DNA of 61,873 nucleotides, filler included, from Sphacelaria rigidula (Eukaryota), in NCBI GenBank assembly GCA_964200075.2. It is 4 parts of 4 records of this genome, joined end to end, with 100 filler letters (N's around TTAATTAATTAA, not from the genome) between each part and the next. Parts side by side here need not be neighbours in the genome. Positions count along the whole stretch, not along the records: positions 1 to 15,401 come from CAXNAA020001768.1; 3 more parts are not named here. One strand, 5' to 3'. This document shows, piece by piece, positions 1 to 13,400 of this stretch. Below the pieces are notes generated by a model. The model saw only the letters and a program-made list of their open reading frames with translations, did not search any database and was not told where the DNA came from. Both the position numbers and the translations under genes were made by a program. The first letter of the stretch is position 1. Each line of letters begins with the position of its first letter.

Positions 1-71
1 ACGCAAGTGTGGAAGGGTGTCTGACACACTTACGAGCCTATTTTTTCGTGCAACCAAATACCCCCCCCCCC

Positions 72-1736
72 CTATCGTAGGATGACTCCGAGGAGCTTGT
101 ACAAAGCATCCGAGAGTTCGGAGCAGAATTGTTGACCATTGTCGAAGACGAGCCGTTTCGGGCAGCCGTAGTGTTTAATGTAGTCATGGACGAGAATGTC
201 CGCGGTGCCGGCAGTAGTGAGAACGCTAGCAGTAACAGCATACATAGCTGCGTGAAGGCTGAAGCGGTCGGTGAAGAGTAGAATGTAGGCATTATCACGG
301 TCAGTTGGGAGTAAAGGGCCGGAGTAGTCGAACGATACGGAGTGACCAGGAGCACTTGGAAGCTCCATGGAAATCACCGCCCATCGCACAGTCTGTCGAG
401 AGGTTTTGCGACCCTGACATTTGAAACATCGTCGGACCCAAAAACGCGTGGATGCTTCCATGCCAATCCACCAATAAAAACGTTGAAGGAGCGCTAACGT
501 GCGCGTGACGCCTAAGTGGCAGGGCAAATCAGAGTGACAGCCTTTCATGACCCACGGACGCATCATGATAGGGACGTAGATGCAAATTTGGGCGTCATGA
601 CGCATATGTGTCGAAGTGGCAGTTGTTACTGCGGCAGCCGTGCCCAAATGGGATTTGCATCCGCGAACAAGCAGATGAATGTCCTCGTCAGTCGTGAAGA
701 CGGTACCTTTGCGTGCCAGCTCGAGCACATCAGAGGCGGCGGGGGCGGGTAGAGTGCCTACGGGGGTCAGGATCTCGGCCGGGAAAGGGGTGGGGCAGTT
801 AAGCCGCAAGTACCGCATTGTCGCACGACAGAGCGGTTCCTGTTGTTGGTCGCGAGCCCAATCGCGGTGAGAGTAGCCAGCGAGAAATTCCCGAAGTTGG
901 CCTTCAGCCGGAGAGCCAACCAGGCGCTCAGGATGGGGTAGCACAGGCGAAGAAGCAGGTATGCCGACGTTAATGTGTTGACCCGCGAACGGTTCTGACG
1001 CATGTGTATCACGAGTCAGAGGCGCAGGTGCTGGGAGATTCCAAGAAGGCGGCATGGTTGTAGCGCGAACTGGTGAACGCGATCGACGCGTGGGGCGCAC
1101 AAGGGGCGCGGGCGGTGTTGGTACAACACTGGGCACGCGGCCGGTTGTTGGAGGCGGGGTACGGCCCGTGGGGGCACGAGGCAGCGGCGGCGACGCATTG
1201 CTATGAGCGGCCGGCGACGGTGGTGGCATCACAGCCCGCGAAGAATTTGCACGAGCTGCCGATCGAGAGCGCGTGTTGTCGGGGATGAGGTGAACAGCTG
1301 GTGGTGGCGGCGCCGAGATATTCGCGCGAGGGCCGAAAGTGCGGAAATCGGCAAAATCAGCAGCCGTGGGCGCTAAGCCATCCAAAACTGTATCAGGGGG
1401 CAGAGGGCAGGGGCCACCCATGTGAAGACCTGTTTCGGGGCATTGCAGGTCGAGCGCGTAGATGGGCGTAGAAAGGCGCCGAATAGGGTAGACGCCTGGT
1501 TCGTCACGTTCAGGCAAGCGGCAAGCGGGACTGAAATCTACCGCTGTAGAAGGTAGAGGCAATCGCGAAAGAAGGTCAGCATTGCCGTTGGTTTTGCCCG
1601 GACGGTGTTTAACAGTGTACTGGTAGGCAGTCAAGAACTCCAGCCACCGTTGTACGCGGGGGTTATGTTCTCCAACCTTAGTGAGTTGTTCAAGAGCTCC
1701 GTGATCTATATAGATGTGGAAAGGCACGTGGAACAA
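72..1736 (-). pseudogene. pol: pol C-terminal part: RNase H end, Pro-rich linker, truncated integrase
   Basis: Motifs FHIYIDHGAL, RVQRWLEFL, HRPGKTNGNADLLSR; HHCC finger (HSDLPCHLG...CFKC); DDE core SFDYSGP / FTDRFS / VFDNGQQF. The ORF stops before the catalytic Glu. Confidence 0.92.
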
Positions 1737-1742
1737 GTACTG

Positions 1743-2858
1743 TCAAAGTTGTTTAATAGCCCAAGTTATGACTCCGCCTTCGAGTTCGAGTGGACTCCAG
1801 TTTGCCTCGTTTGGGAGGGTTGCGCGGCTGATGTACAAAATAGGTCGGACAGAGTCATCCAGTTGGGGTTGATTCAAAACGGTGCCGACCCCATCTGTGC
1901 TAGCATCGGTGTGTCGCTGGGAAAGACGTGAGCCGTCTTGTACCGCATCCCAATCCGGAAAATAAATAACCGGTTTTTCGGTCACTATTTTGAGCAGTTC
2001 GCGGACGATGGCTTCCATGTCTTTAGTGAAGACAAACGGGACGCTTTTCTTGAGTAAATCTGTGATGGGCCGGATCCGCTTGGACAAGTTGGGCAACATA
2101 TTTCGATAGTGTGAAAGTCCACCTAACAGTGAGCGAAGCTGCGAAATATTGGTGGGCATGGGCCTATCAGTCATAGCTTTGACCTTGTTCGTGTCTGGGT
2201 GCAATCCAGCAGGAGAGATGGAGTGTCCCAAGAAATCCAATTCAGTGGCTCCGAGTCGAGCTTTGGATGGAGACAATTTCAAGTCGTGTGTACGCAAGCG
2301 GGAGAGAAATTCCCGTAGAGTGCGAGCATGCGCCTTGGGGGAGACATCAAAAGCGATAGCATCGTCTAGATACATGATAACATGCTCGAGACCGTCAGTA
2401 AAGCGTTGCATGAGGCGTTGAAAGCAGCCAGGTGCGGTAGCAGCGCCTTGTGGGATACGAAGCCATTCAAAAAGCCCTGAAGATGTACGGAACGCTGTCA
2501 AGGGAACTGTATCGGGGTGAATTGCATTTTGAAAAAATCCAGATGCCAGATCGAAAGTGATGAATATTTTTCCTTCGCCGAGAGAGTCGAAGACTTCGTC
2601 GATGTGAGGTATGGGGAGTTTCCCCACGACAGTGACGCGGTTTAGCCGTTTGTAGTTCACGGCGATGCGGATGCTGCCATCTTTCTTGGGGACGACCACG
2701 AGGGGTGAGGCCCATGGCGAAGACGAGTGTTGAATCAGACCAGCTGCTAAGTAGGCATCCAAAATAGCATTGACTTTTTTGGTGAGGAGGGGGTTCGTGC
2801 GATATGGTCGAGATGAGATTGGCGAAGCGCCAGGTTGCAGTGTTATCTCGAATGGCAA
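1743..2858 (-). pseudogene. pol: Reverse transcriptase and RNase H of Ty3/Gypsy pol
   Basis: SSPWASPLVVVPKKDG, FDLASGFFQ, IPQG, MYLDD, LDFLGH, LRSLLG, TDAS. It ends at an in-frame TGA (AIKQL*QYLF, likely CGA>TGA) and is preceded by a frameshift near 2860. Confidence 0.95.
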
Positions 2859-4462
2859 TTTTTACAATGCCCGAGATCCGTCTTGGATCGTGACAATTTG
2901 TCCTGATATTCCAGAAGAATATCTTGTAGCTTTTGGATGACGGCGGGCTCCCAGCCCGGACCATGTAGGTCAAAATGGATATCACGCAAATGAGGTGGAA
3001 GTTGGTGCCACATTTGCAAGAAATGTTCCCGAGAATCGACTGATAAGCGTTGAAGCACTCCATCAGGAGGTTCAGCAGGGGGTCTGTTGGGTTCCACCGC
3101 AGAAATCTGAGTCGGGGATGAGGCGGAGAGATTGAAGTATGGCTCATCGACGCAGTGGACAAAACCATCAGTCGGCGGCGTGAAATCAGGCGCCGGAGGG
3201 TCGGCTACACAAGTTTCCAGAGGAATGTGCATAAGAGGAGCCGCGGCGATGCCCAGGACATCACCAGGTTCCAAATTAGCATGGCCCGTGAGAGGCAGGA
3301 GTTGGTCGCCGTCCGAGACAAAATGCTCAGTGCCAGCGGGCGCATCGACTTTAGGCAGTAATTCCGCAAGGTAGTGGCCGGTGAGGGCAGGCATACCGTT
3401 GCGGCGAACAAGCGAAACTTCTAGGAGTTGAGGCTCATCGGAAAGGATGACACCAGAACTGCCAGTGTACCGAAGGTGGTAAGCCGCTCCGGTAGCCTGC
3501 TCATTCTTTCTGTAGGCTAAGGCACCATTGAGGGTACCAAAGTGTTTGAGTTGGAGTTCCCCACGAGGCGCCGACGTAGGCGATAATGGTGGAAGGGTGC
3601 GGTATGTGCGTTGATCGAAGCGCATGTAACTATCTCTGCCAAGGAGGAGAGCATGATGAATGGTGCTGTGAGGGATGATGTGAGCCCATACTGCGAGACT
3701 AGCCGAACGTCTATCGTGGTGGAAAATTGCACACTAAGACGAACAGATTTTCGTGTCGTCAAGGGTGAATTGGAGTCGCCGAAACCGCCCCAAACGCGAG
3801 GTTGGGTGGTGATTTCGCAGACATTGGAACCAGCGCTAGTCTGCTTCATAGGATTCCACATGGATTCTTCGATGAATGTCTGTGGACTTCCGCTGCCTAA
3901 CAACGAGACGCACTTGGCACGCGCGGTGGCGTAAGGGCCGCAGTGTAATGCTACGCGGGTAGTGAAGTTGGCAGGATCAACGGACACCTTACCACCAGCA
4001 AGGTCAGGGCCATGTTCAGATAAGGTGAATTGATCAGGATTAGTTGGACTGACCGTGAAAACGGATGGCGGGTGATCCGCGGGGGGTTCGAAGGTATCGG
4101 TAGACATCGTGGGGGTCTGATCCGATCGTAAAGGGCAGCGTGTATTATGATTTTGATCAATCTCGTAGATCACTGGCTTGGAGGTACAAGGATCATTGTT
4201 GAATAGAGATTGCTGTGAAGTGCGACAGGGGTCATCGGTGGAAGATGCGATACCGTCTGAAAGGTCCGATTTGGATTCCTCTGGGATCCCTGGCAATGTC
4301 ATCGAGCTCAAAGTCGCCGCTTCTTGGGGAGAATGAGGTCGGAATTTTCCTCTGACGGGAGGGGGACGTGTCAATGCTCGCGCTTCCGTGGGAGCATGAC
4401 GACGAGGCTTCCTCTCGTGCCATGACAAATGACTGGGAACTTCCAACACTTCTTGGGAAACT
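2843..4462 (-). pseudogene. pol: pol N-terminal part: aspartic protease (frameshifted, catalytic Asp lost) and PR-RT spacer
   Basis: SLLGSGSPQTFI corresponds to the LLDSGS active site with D>G. A frameshift near 3722 restores ...HALLLGRDSYMRFDQ. The segment runs into DLGHCK just before RT. Confidence 0.8.
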
Positions 4463-4639
4463 ATATGAAGATAAAGACGGGGGTCGAGAAGAGCGGCCGT
4501 CATTAGATTTCCTGAATAGTGATGGGTGAGAACGTGTTGTCACTCGAGAGGCATTGTGTGTTGGAGGAGTGTTCTATTCTGCTATCGGCGGCGCCGAAGA
4601 CTTCACGCCGTCGTCGGCGTGTCATGGGTCGTGGAGATC

Positions 4640-7600
4640 CGTCATGAAAGAAGCAGGGTTTCTGGCATTGGGGTTGGTGTTGTTGTGAGTCGGCCCTGCT
4701 CGCTGGTGATGGCCAGGCGAAGGCTGAGAAGGACGAAAAGCACTACCTTTATGGCGAGTACCTGAAACTGTGTTAGTGGTGTAGCAGCGGTCGCGATTTG
4801 AGCAAAAGCCGCTATGATTTTGACAAGGCTGGCGAGGGCGGCGAGAAGGTGGATTACTCGCGCATGCGCTTTTGCCATCGGCGCCACGCCTGCCTGTTGC
4901 TCTGAAGTTCAGGGCTCATGAGCAAAAACATATTGATGCAAGGTTTAGGGCAATCTCACATACTGTGGCCAGTACCATTGCAGTTAATGCATGTGTTAGC
5001 ATGGCGACGAAAAGCATCCCTGCGAGCCGAAGGCGAAAGCAAGGGGTCCACAAATGTGGGTCATCGGTGATGAAAGGGGTCGCGGAAACGACATAAACGT
5101 CATCAAAACTGTCTGCCGAAAAAGGCCAAGCATCGAAGCTTGCACGGAACGGGTCTCTTTTGCTACGAGCAGACATGACCGATCCACCGACAGAGTTTGG
5201 TGTCCAAGTATGATTGGACGAAGTCTGAACGCGTCCGCGAGGCCCGGAGGTACTCGTTGATGCAGCACGCAAGGTCTGCGACGACACAGAAGAACACTGT
5301 GCGCCACGAATGGCAGGCGTCAAATTATGTTCCTGATCTACAGACGCATTCCACATCGCGTCTACGGAGGCGTAAGGCACCTCTTTGTGCGTCAAAGCGC
5401 CCGGAAACAAAGACGGCATCGGCGTCGGAAATTGCGTAGCGATGCTATTGCGAACGTATGTTTGACACATAGCATCGCTAGAGCCATTCTGTCGTCCGGT
5501 ACCAGTCACACTTGACACCAAAAGCTTGAATTCGCGGAGGTAGTCAGCAAACGGCACGTCTGTTGCCACGGCGAAAGAAGTGAGGCGCTTGATGGCGCCT
5601 GCCTGATCAGACTTATCGAAATAACCTATGAAACGCCTTCCCAAATTGCTGAATAATAGCGGCGCTGGTTGCCCGTTGGCACGATCTTGGTCCATGGCGG
5701 CGAAGAAGGAATCGAGAATCTGCGTCAAAGAGGCAACAACGTCAGGGGAGCGGCGGCTGATTAAGCGGTGCAAAGCCTTATGCAGCAGTGTTTGCCATCC
5801 ATCAACCCAGTCGGAGTCTTCGAAACGTTGTTGACCAGTTGCATCGACCAGTTCAAGGATGTTGCGCATCGTTCGACGCATGGAGGAAATGAGGGTTGAC
5901 GTAAACTGACCAGAGTCTTCATTGTCTGCAGCAGGCACGGTTTTGATATGCCAGAGTTTCTTTACATCCATCTGTAAGTACTCTCGCTTTATGGCAGCGA
6001 CACGAGACGCTTCTCTACGAGTATCGGAAGCCATTTTATCCGCGGCAGCTTGGCGTTTGGCTGCGGCGGCGGCAGCTAGTGACCGAGCCGAGTTGGAAGA
6101 CAATGGGCGAGCCGAATTGTCACTATCACTATCCGTGAGACCTAGAATGCAAGCAGACGCATCAGCTAAAGGAGACGTTACTTGCCTGGCGGCCGATGAG
6201 GGCCTGTCGTACCGCGTTGAGGCGTGGTGGCTGTGTCGTGCAGTCGACGAACCCGAAGACTGGTTGCCAGCCCGTTTGTGAGTGCCTCGGGTCGATCGTC
6301 GACTGTTGTTGTTAGTGCGGTGGGGCCCGTGCCCACGGCGTGGTGCAACCCCTGAAGGGTCGTCGTCAGAGTCGTCATCATGACGATAGCGAGGGGGGTG
6401 CGGGGTGATCCAAGCTCCATCATCGTCGGGCGGCAGTGTGTTGCGAGCTGCCCGCATGGCGGCAAAGAAGACGGCGACGGCACCATCGGTCTCATAATTA
6501 GAACGACCGTCCCCGGCACCATCCGTGAGACAAAGCACGATTCGTTCGATGGTGAGAGCGCCTGGGTCGTTGCGCGGCAGCTGTCCACCTTGTTGAAGAA
6601 AAGGGACGATCACACTAATGACGGGCAGGATGAGAGAGCTCCAAGCCTGCTCAGAGGCGCGAAGGACGTTGTTGCAGTTGTATTCTCTCGAGCGTTGACG
6701 GAGCGTCCAACCGAGCCAAGCACGTTCGTTGCCTTGCAGGTGCAGCCCGGGTGTGGCGGCGGGGGGTGCCGAAGCCCGAGGGACCTGTAGTGGCGCGGGC
6801 GGGGGAAGCGTAAGCAAAGCCGCAGAAGCCGCGGCAGCAGCGTGTAAGCGCGAAGGCTGGTGGTCTGTTGTAGAGCCAGAAATAGCGGCGAAAGGTGCAG
6901 GCTCAGGCGGCGTTGTCCGGAGTAGAGGGAGATGCTGCTCGTATTCCCGGGAACGTAGGGCCGTGGTCGCAGTTTCTGTCGCGGTCTCGCACTGACGCAA
7001 GCGGTGTTCATCGCATCGTACGGAATCCTACATCTGGCCAAGCGCAGCGAGGCGTTCATTGAGGGTACGTTGAGCCGCCCGCTGGCGGCTGGATGCCGAA
7101 TCAACGGCCTGGCGTTGGCGCACCAGTCGTTCCGCGAGGTCATCCTGAAGGAGACGGTGAGCAGCGTTGTCCGCTGGTTGTCGGGGTGAAGGTGGCGCCG
7201 GGGCCGTGGCCGGTTCGAAAGCGTGGTATTCAGCCAGAATTTGTTCTTGATCTGCTCGTGCGCCACAAAACCAGAGCCGGGGCGGAAGGCCCGACGGGCA
7301 ATGCTCGACACCCAACAGGGGGCGGTCGTCCGTGTCAGGCTCGGGGGCAGGCGCCGGAGCCGTGACAGGGGTGTGACCCTTATCCGCCGTGGCGGAATCC
7401 GCGGAGGCCGCCGCGCGGGGAGCGGGGGGCGTGACACGGGCGCCCTCGGCATCCGTATCAATGTCGGCTGCCGTAGAAGGGGCAGGGGCTGCGATGGGTG
7501 CAGTAGTCGAAGGTGCAGGAGCATTGGCCATAGTTGCAGCGGAGCGTAAGTAGCGACGAAGATCTGCAATCTGTCGTTCGACAGCACGCACAGTGGCAGC

Positions 7601-8821
7601 ATCAGCATGGGGCGGAAGGGCACGGTGAGTGCTGCGTCCGCTGCGCAAAGGTGCGTGAATATTAGCCAACGAAGCATCAACGGGCAGTCGTGAGCTCACA
7701 TGTGTCTGATCGATAGATTCAGGCCGTGAGGATCCCGTGGTTGAATATAGTCCCGATAACAGAGCACGTACATCATGGGCATGAGTAGTGGTATCACCGT
7801 GGTGAACAGGGTCGTCATGATCCAAATCGAAATCAGAAGCAACATCTGAGGTTGAACGTACATCATCAGGGTCTGCAGCCAGTGGTGCAGAGGCTCGATG
7901 GTTCATATTACTGTCAAAGTGAACATGATCAGAAGACGTTGAATGTTGAACGGCTGTGTGAAACGCGGTTGCAAGCGCTTGTGAAAGAGCAGTTGTCGCC
8001 GGACCGTCAGAAATGACAGCCGGTGATGAACGAAGCAAGTGCTCAAGAGCCGCTACTAAAGGCAACTGCTCTGTGGAAGGCGCTTCGGAGCGGCCAAGAC
8101 GCGAGGAGGATGTTCGGCGCGAGGTGTGGTGAGCAGAAGTGTCCTCACGACACATGTCTTGTCGGCGCGGGCGCTGGGAGGCGTCGTAACCCTCAACACC
8201 GCGAGCGCGGGGTGAGTCAATAACCGCGGTAGGAGCCTGAAGCGGTTTGCGTTCCACAACAGTGGCGACGCGTGGCGACTCATCAGACATGTGGGAACCC
8301 GGAGACCAAGCCCGTTGCACAACAGAGCGAGCGCGTAGCGACTCGTCGACCATGTTGGAAGTCTTGGACAGTGTACGATCCGCGACAGAGCGAGCGCGGA
8401 GCGACTCGTCGATAATGCCGGGAGTCTTGGACAGTGCACGGTCCACGACAGAACGAGCGCATAGCGACTCGTCGATAATGTCGGGAGTCTTGAACGGTAT
8501 GCGGTTCGCAACAGAGCGAGCGCGGAGCGTATCGTCGATAATGTTGGAAGTCTTGGGCAAGTGGCTGTCGTGGTCACCAGTAGCAGCCAAGTCTTGAGAC
8601 GTGTAGTCGCCAGAGTTGCGGGTCGAAGCCCTGTCGTATTTCACTTCTTCGTGTACAGGGGAAGTGATAGTGAAGGGTTTTGGATTTGAAGGGATGTATA
8701 AAAGCAAACGCTGACGGCGTAAGGATTTGTAACTAGGCAGGGTCGAGGGGAAAATTATTTCCTGCGGTTGCGCCATGTTAAATTGAAGAGGTAGAAATGA
8801 ACGCCAGACACCAGAGTACAA
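4640..8821 (-). pseudogene. gag: Very long gag-like ORF (ORFs 7028-8821 and 4916-7000 are in frame, split by one TAG) with a C-terminal CCHC zinc knuckle
   Basis: GQM*DSVRCDEHRLRQCE reads through at 7028-7030. After a frameshift near 5045 the frame gives CINCNGTGHSM*DC (CX2CX4HX4C) at 4950-4991. Capsid-like helical region FADYLREFKLLV. Confidence 0.8.
8200..8560 (-). repeat. 63-bp (21-aa) coding tandem repeat in gag, about 5-6 copies
   Basis: The unit core GACTCGTCGA (or variant) recurs at about 8340, 8403, 8466 and 8529; peptide SKTPxIIDESLRARSVxDRxL. Confidence 0.9.
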
Positions 8822-10409
8822 GGGTCCTGGTTTAGTAATAGCAAGTAGTGTAGACTCGGCAGGAGATTGTGAGTGCCGAAAAACAATTAAGCAGTAAAGA
8901 CTACATAATTTTATAAACGGAGTGACACCAAACTAGAGCAGACTGCTGTGATAATAACAATCAGCGTAATCTCGGCAATTCCGAGTACCAAAAGGCAGAC
9001 AGCAGAGCAAAAAGGTGGAGATTATGAAACGCCGAAAAGAGAGGATCTGCGGCGGAAATAAGACAGCTCTAGAGGAAACTGTTTATGGGGGAGTAGGGGG
9101 GGCGCATTGAAGGTGTACCAAAGGTGTAGATAGTCGCAAAAGGAACAAACTCACAGATAAACCAAACAGTTGTCGCACGGGAGGCTTGGTGCAAGAGTGG
9201 AAGAAGACAGACACCCGGGCAGATGTCCGACGGGCGCGCTGTGCACGGCAAATATGACAGGGATACGTAGTGGCCAGGCACACGCTGGACAAGGGTATTA
9301 CAGTGGTGCAAGTAGAATACCGCACACAGGAGGTGTAGAAAAACACCAGTCGAGACCGCGGAAGGAGGCACCAATACTAGTGTAGAATACGTTGCCAAAA
9401 GGGAGGCGATGTTTAAGTATCTGTGAAATTCAAGACAGAAAGAGAATCAAAAGGGCGGCAAAGAGGGTGCGAAACAGTGAACTCAAGTGCAGGGGTCCAA
9501 GAGAAGACAGCTGTAGCAGTCGACTGAAACACTAATTGTTGGTGCAGGTCAGGCGCCAAGCTGAAAAGACTACAGGGGGATACGAAATTTCGAACAAGAA
9601 ATCAGGGAATCGTAAAGCGATCCAGGTAGTGGAGCACGAAGGAGGGAAAAGTGGGACACGCTGTGCAAGGCCAGAAAGAAAAAGAAACCGTGTATGTAGT
9701 ACCCGCGCGAAAGTTAAAAAATAAGAAATGTATTCACAAGTACAGGCACAAAAGATGAAAAGCGCGTCGGGGAATGCACGACCCAAAAGTGAAACCTTGA
9801 CCACGTAGTGCTCACCCAGCGAAAAATGTAGTAGCGGGGCGGAGGTGTGATAGACACCTGATGAGAGGTGCGTTGAGAAACGTACAGCACCGAATGTATC
9901 AATTGGGTTGGTGCAGATTATCGCGCGGAAGAACAAATAGTGTGCGCTACAGTACTCTGCACGCTGGAGCAGCGGTCGTGACTACCACAACTCTGCTGCG
10001 GCAGTTGTGACTACGCAATTGTTGCACCGAAAAAGTACAAAGACACTAAAGTAGTCAGTGCCAAGAGTAAAATAACACCGCACTATAAACACAGCAGCGG
10101 CACACCAGTGTCAACGTCCTGCAAGGAGGAAAAGTACAGTCGCTTTCGCCGTAAGATAGAAGCGGCGTGTTCTGTAACCGTTCAGTAAGGTATAGCGTCA
10201 ATTGTCCGCGAAGGTTTACAGCAACCCAGCTGACACAGCACTGGGCGGGGTTGAAAAGGACGATGACAACAGAACAAGGGCACTGCAAAGCAAGAGTGTG
10301 GCCCAGCAAAAGGAGCGACCGAAACAGGAGAGGAACAAATGGCAGGTTGCAATTGTTGCTGCTGCGGTGGAGATGCAACTAAAAAAATGCCTGCAGACAG
10401 CACTGCAGC

Positions 10410-13400
10410 AAGAATCGAAGACTCCTCCAACACACAACACCGCTCGGGTGACAACACGTTGTCACCCATCACTATTTAGGAGATCTAATGGCGGCCACTC
10501 TTCTCGACCCCCGTCTTTATCTTCATATACGTAGCGTAACGTTGTGTTGACTCACAACCCAGCTCTATGCTTAACTCCAGAATTGGTCCTCCGGACCTAA
10601 GTGTAAATCTGAGGTGTGGGAAGACCGACCGCGGATCCTTGAGGCACAGGCTTCCCTCAACAACCGCACGCACCGGTTGTAGCAGACTTCCTTCACCTAA
10701 TTCTGGTATTGATACTTCGAAACTGGCCGCTTCAAACCCTTCGACTCCCGCCCGGCCTGATCGTGGTCGTTTTTCGCAACACTCTTCTTCTGCGCAACAA
10801 CCCCGACATACAGCGGACAACACTCGTCCTCTTTCACATTTAGCAGTGCCCTTTTGACCGAGCTCGCCAGCGATAGTCCACACGTTTTGGCCGAGCATGC
10901 CCCGATGATGACAACATCACCTCAACTGGGCGCAGTTGCAGTTTCCCAAGAAGTGTTGGAAGTTCCCAGTCATTTGTCATGGCACGAGAGGAAGCCTCGT
11001 CGTCATGCTCCCACGGAAGCGCGAGCATTGACACGTCCCCCTCCCGTCAGAGGAAAATTCCGACCTCATTCTCCCCAAGAAGCGGCGACTTTGAGCTCGA
11101 TGACATTGCCAGGGATCCCAGAGGAATCCAAATCGGACCTTTCAGACGGTATCGCATCTTCCACCGATGACCCCTGTCGCACTTCACAGCAATCTCTATT
11201 CAACAATGATCCTTGTACCTCCAAGCCAGTGATCTACGAGATTGATCAAAATCATAATACACGCTGCCCTTCACGATCGGATCAGACCCCCACGATGTCT
11301 ACCGATACCTTCGAACCCCCCGCGGATCACCCGCCATCCGTTTTCACGGTCAGTCCAACTAATCCTGATCAATTCACCTTATCTGAACATGGCCCTGACC
11401 TTGCTGGTGGTAAGGTATCCGTTGATCCTGCCAACTTCACTACCCGCGTAGCATTACACTGCGGCCCTTACGCCACCGCGCGTGCCAAGTGCGTCTCGTT
11501 GTTAGGCAGCGGAAGTCCACAGACATTCATCGAAGAATCCATGTGGAATCCTATGAAGCAGACTAGCGCTGGTTCCAATGTCTGCGAAATCACCACCCAA
11601 CCTCGCGTTTGGGGCGGTTTCGGCGACTCCAATTCACCCTTGACGACACGAAAATCTGTTCGTCTTAGTGTGCAATTTTCCACCACGATAGACGTTCGGC
11701 TAGTCTCGCAGTATGGGCTCACATCATCCCTCACAGCACCATTCATCATGCTCTCCTCCTTGGCAGAGATAGTTACATGCGCTTCGATCAACGCACATAC
11801 CGCACCCTTCCACCATTATCGCCTACGTCGGCGCCTCGTGGGGAACTCCAACTCAAACACTTTGGTACCCTCAATGGTGCCTTAGCCTACAGAAAGAATG
11901 AGCAGGCTACCGGAGCGGCTTACCACCTTCGGTACACTGGCAGTTCTGGTGTCATCCTTTCCGATGAGCCTCAACTCCTAGAAGTTTCGCTTGTTCGCCG
12001 CAACGGTATGCCTGCCCTCACCGGCCACTACCTTGCGGAATTACTGCCTAAAGTCGATGCGCCCGCTGGCACTGAGCATTTTGTCTCGGACGGCGACCAA
12101 CTCCTGCCTCTCACGGGCCATGCTAATTTGGAACCTGGTGATGTCCTGGGCATCGCCGCGGCTCCTCTTATGCACATTCCTCTGGAAACTTGTGTAGCCG
12201 ACCCTCCGGCGCCTGATTTCACGCCGCCGACTGATGGTTTTGTCCACTGCGTCGATGAGCCATACTTCAATCTCTCCGCCTCATCCCCGACTCAGATTTC
12301 TGCGGTGGAACCCAACAGACCCCCTGCTGAACCTCCTGATGGAGTGCTTCAACGCTTATCAGTCGATTCTCGGGAACATTTCTTGCAAATGTGGCACCAA
12401 CTTCCACCTCATTTGCGTGATATCCATTTTGACCTACATGGTCCGGGCTGGGAGCCCGCCGTCATCCAAAAGCTACAAGATATTCTTCTGGAATATCAGG
12501 ACAAATTGTCACGATCCAAGACGGATCTCGGGCATTGTAAAAATTGCCATTCGAGATAACACTGCAACCTGGCGCTTCGCCAATCTCATCTCGACCATAT
12601 CGCACGAACCCCCTCCTCACCAAAAAAGTCAATGCTATTTTGGATGCCTACTTAGCAGCTGGTCTGATTCAACACTCGTCTTCGCCATGGGCCTCACCCC
12701 TCGTGGTCGTCCCCAAGAAAGATGGCAGCATCCGCATCGCCGTGAACTACAAACGGCTAAACCGCGTCACTGTCGTGGGGAAACTCCCCATACCTCACAT
12801 CGACGAAGTCTTCGACTCTCTCGGCGAAGGAAAAATATTCATCACTTTCGATCTGGCATCTGGATTTTTTCAAAATGCAATTCACCCCGATACAGTTCCC
12901 TTGACAGCGTTCCGTACATCTTCAGGGCTTTTTGAATGGCTTCGTATCCCACAAGGCGCTGCTACCGCACCTGGCTGCTTTCAACGCCTCATGCAACGCT
13001 TTACTGACGGTCTCGAGCATGTTATCATGTATCTAGACGATGCTATCGCTTTTGATGTCTCCCCCAAGGCGCATGCTCGCACTCTACGGGAATTTCTCTC
13101 CCGCTTGCGTACACACGACTTGAAATTGTCTCCATCCAAAGCTCGACTCGGAGCCACTGAATTGGATTTCTTGGGACACTCCATCTCTCCTGCTGGATTG
13201 CACCCAGACACGAACAAGGTCAAAGCTATGACTGATAGGCCCATGCCCACCAATATTTCGCAGCTTCGCTCACTGTTAGGTGGACTTTCACACTATCGAA
13301 ATATGTTGCCCAACTTGTCCAAGCGGATCCGGCCCATCACAGATTTACTCAAGAAAAGCGTCCCGTTTGTCTTCACTAAAGACATGGAAGCCATCGTCCG

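Larger units (their letters stand above)
1..4462. repeat. Left arm of a 4462-bp inverted duplication (partner 10940-15401)
   Basis: Position i pairs with 15402-i and the ORF translations mirror each other. I noticed only two substitutions (near 3985/11417 and 4130/11272). Confidence 0.97.
1..10409 (-). mobile_element. Decayed Ty3/Gypsy LTR retrotransposon, left copy (long 5' leader, gag, PR-RT-RH-INT, putative PPT and start of 3' LTR)
   Basis: Domain order gag zinc knuckle, protease, RT (YLDD), RNase H, integrase is the Ty3/Gypsy order. Purine-rich + strand non-coding sequence continues from 8822 to about 10409, where homology switches strand. No 5' LTR was found. Confidence 0.9.

Noticed and set aside
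7028-7030. Programmed stop-codon readthrough in gag
   Set aside because: The element carries several other nonsense and frameshift lesions, so simple decay is the simpler explanation.
6610-7680. 356-aa overlapping ORF and other alternative-frame ORFs within the retrotransposon
   Set aside because: Expected by chance in GC-rich coding DNA; no motifs.
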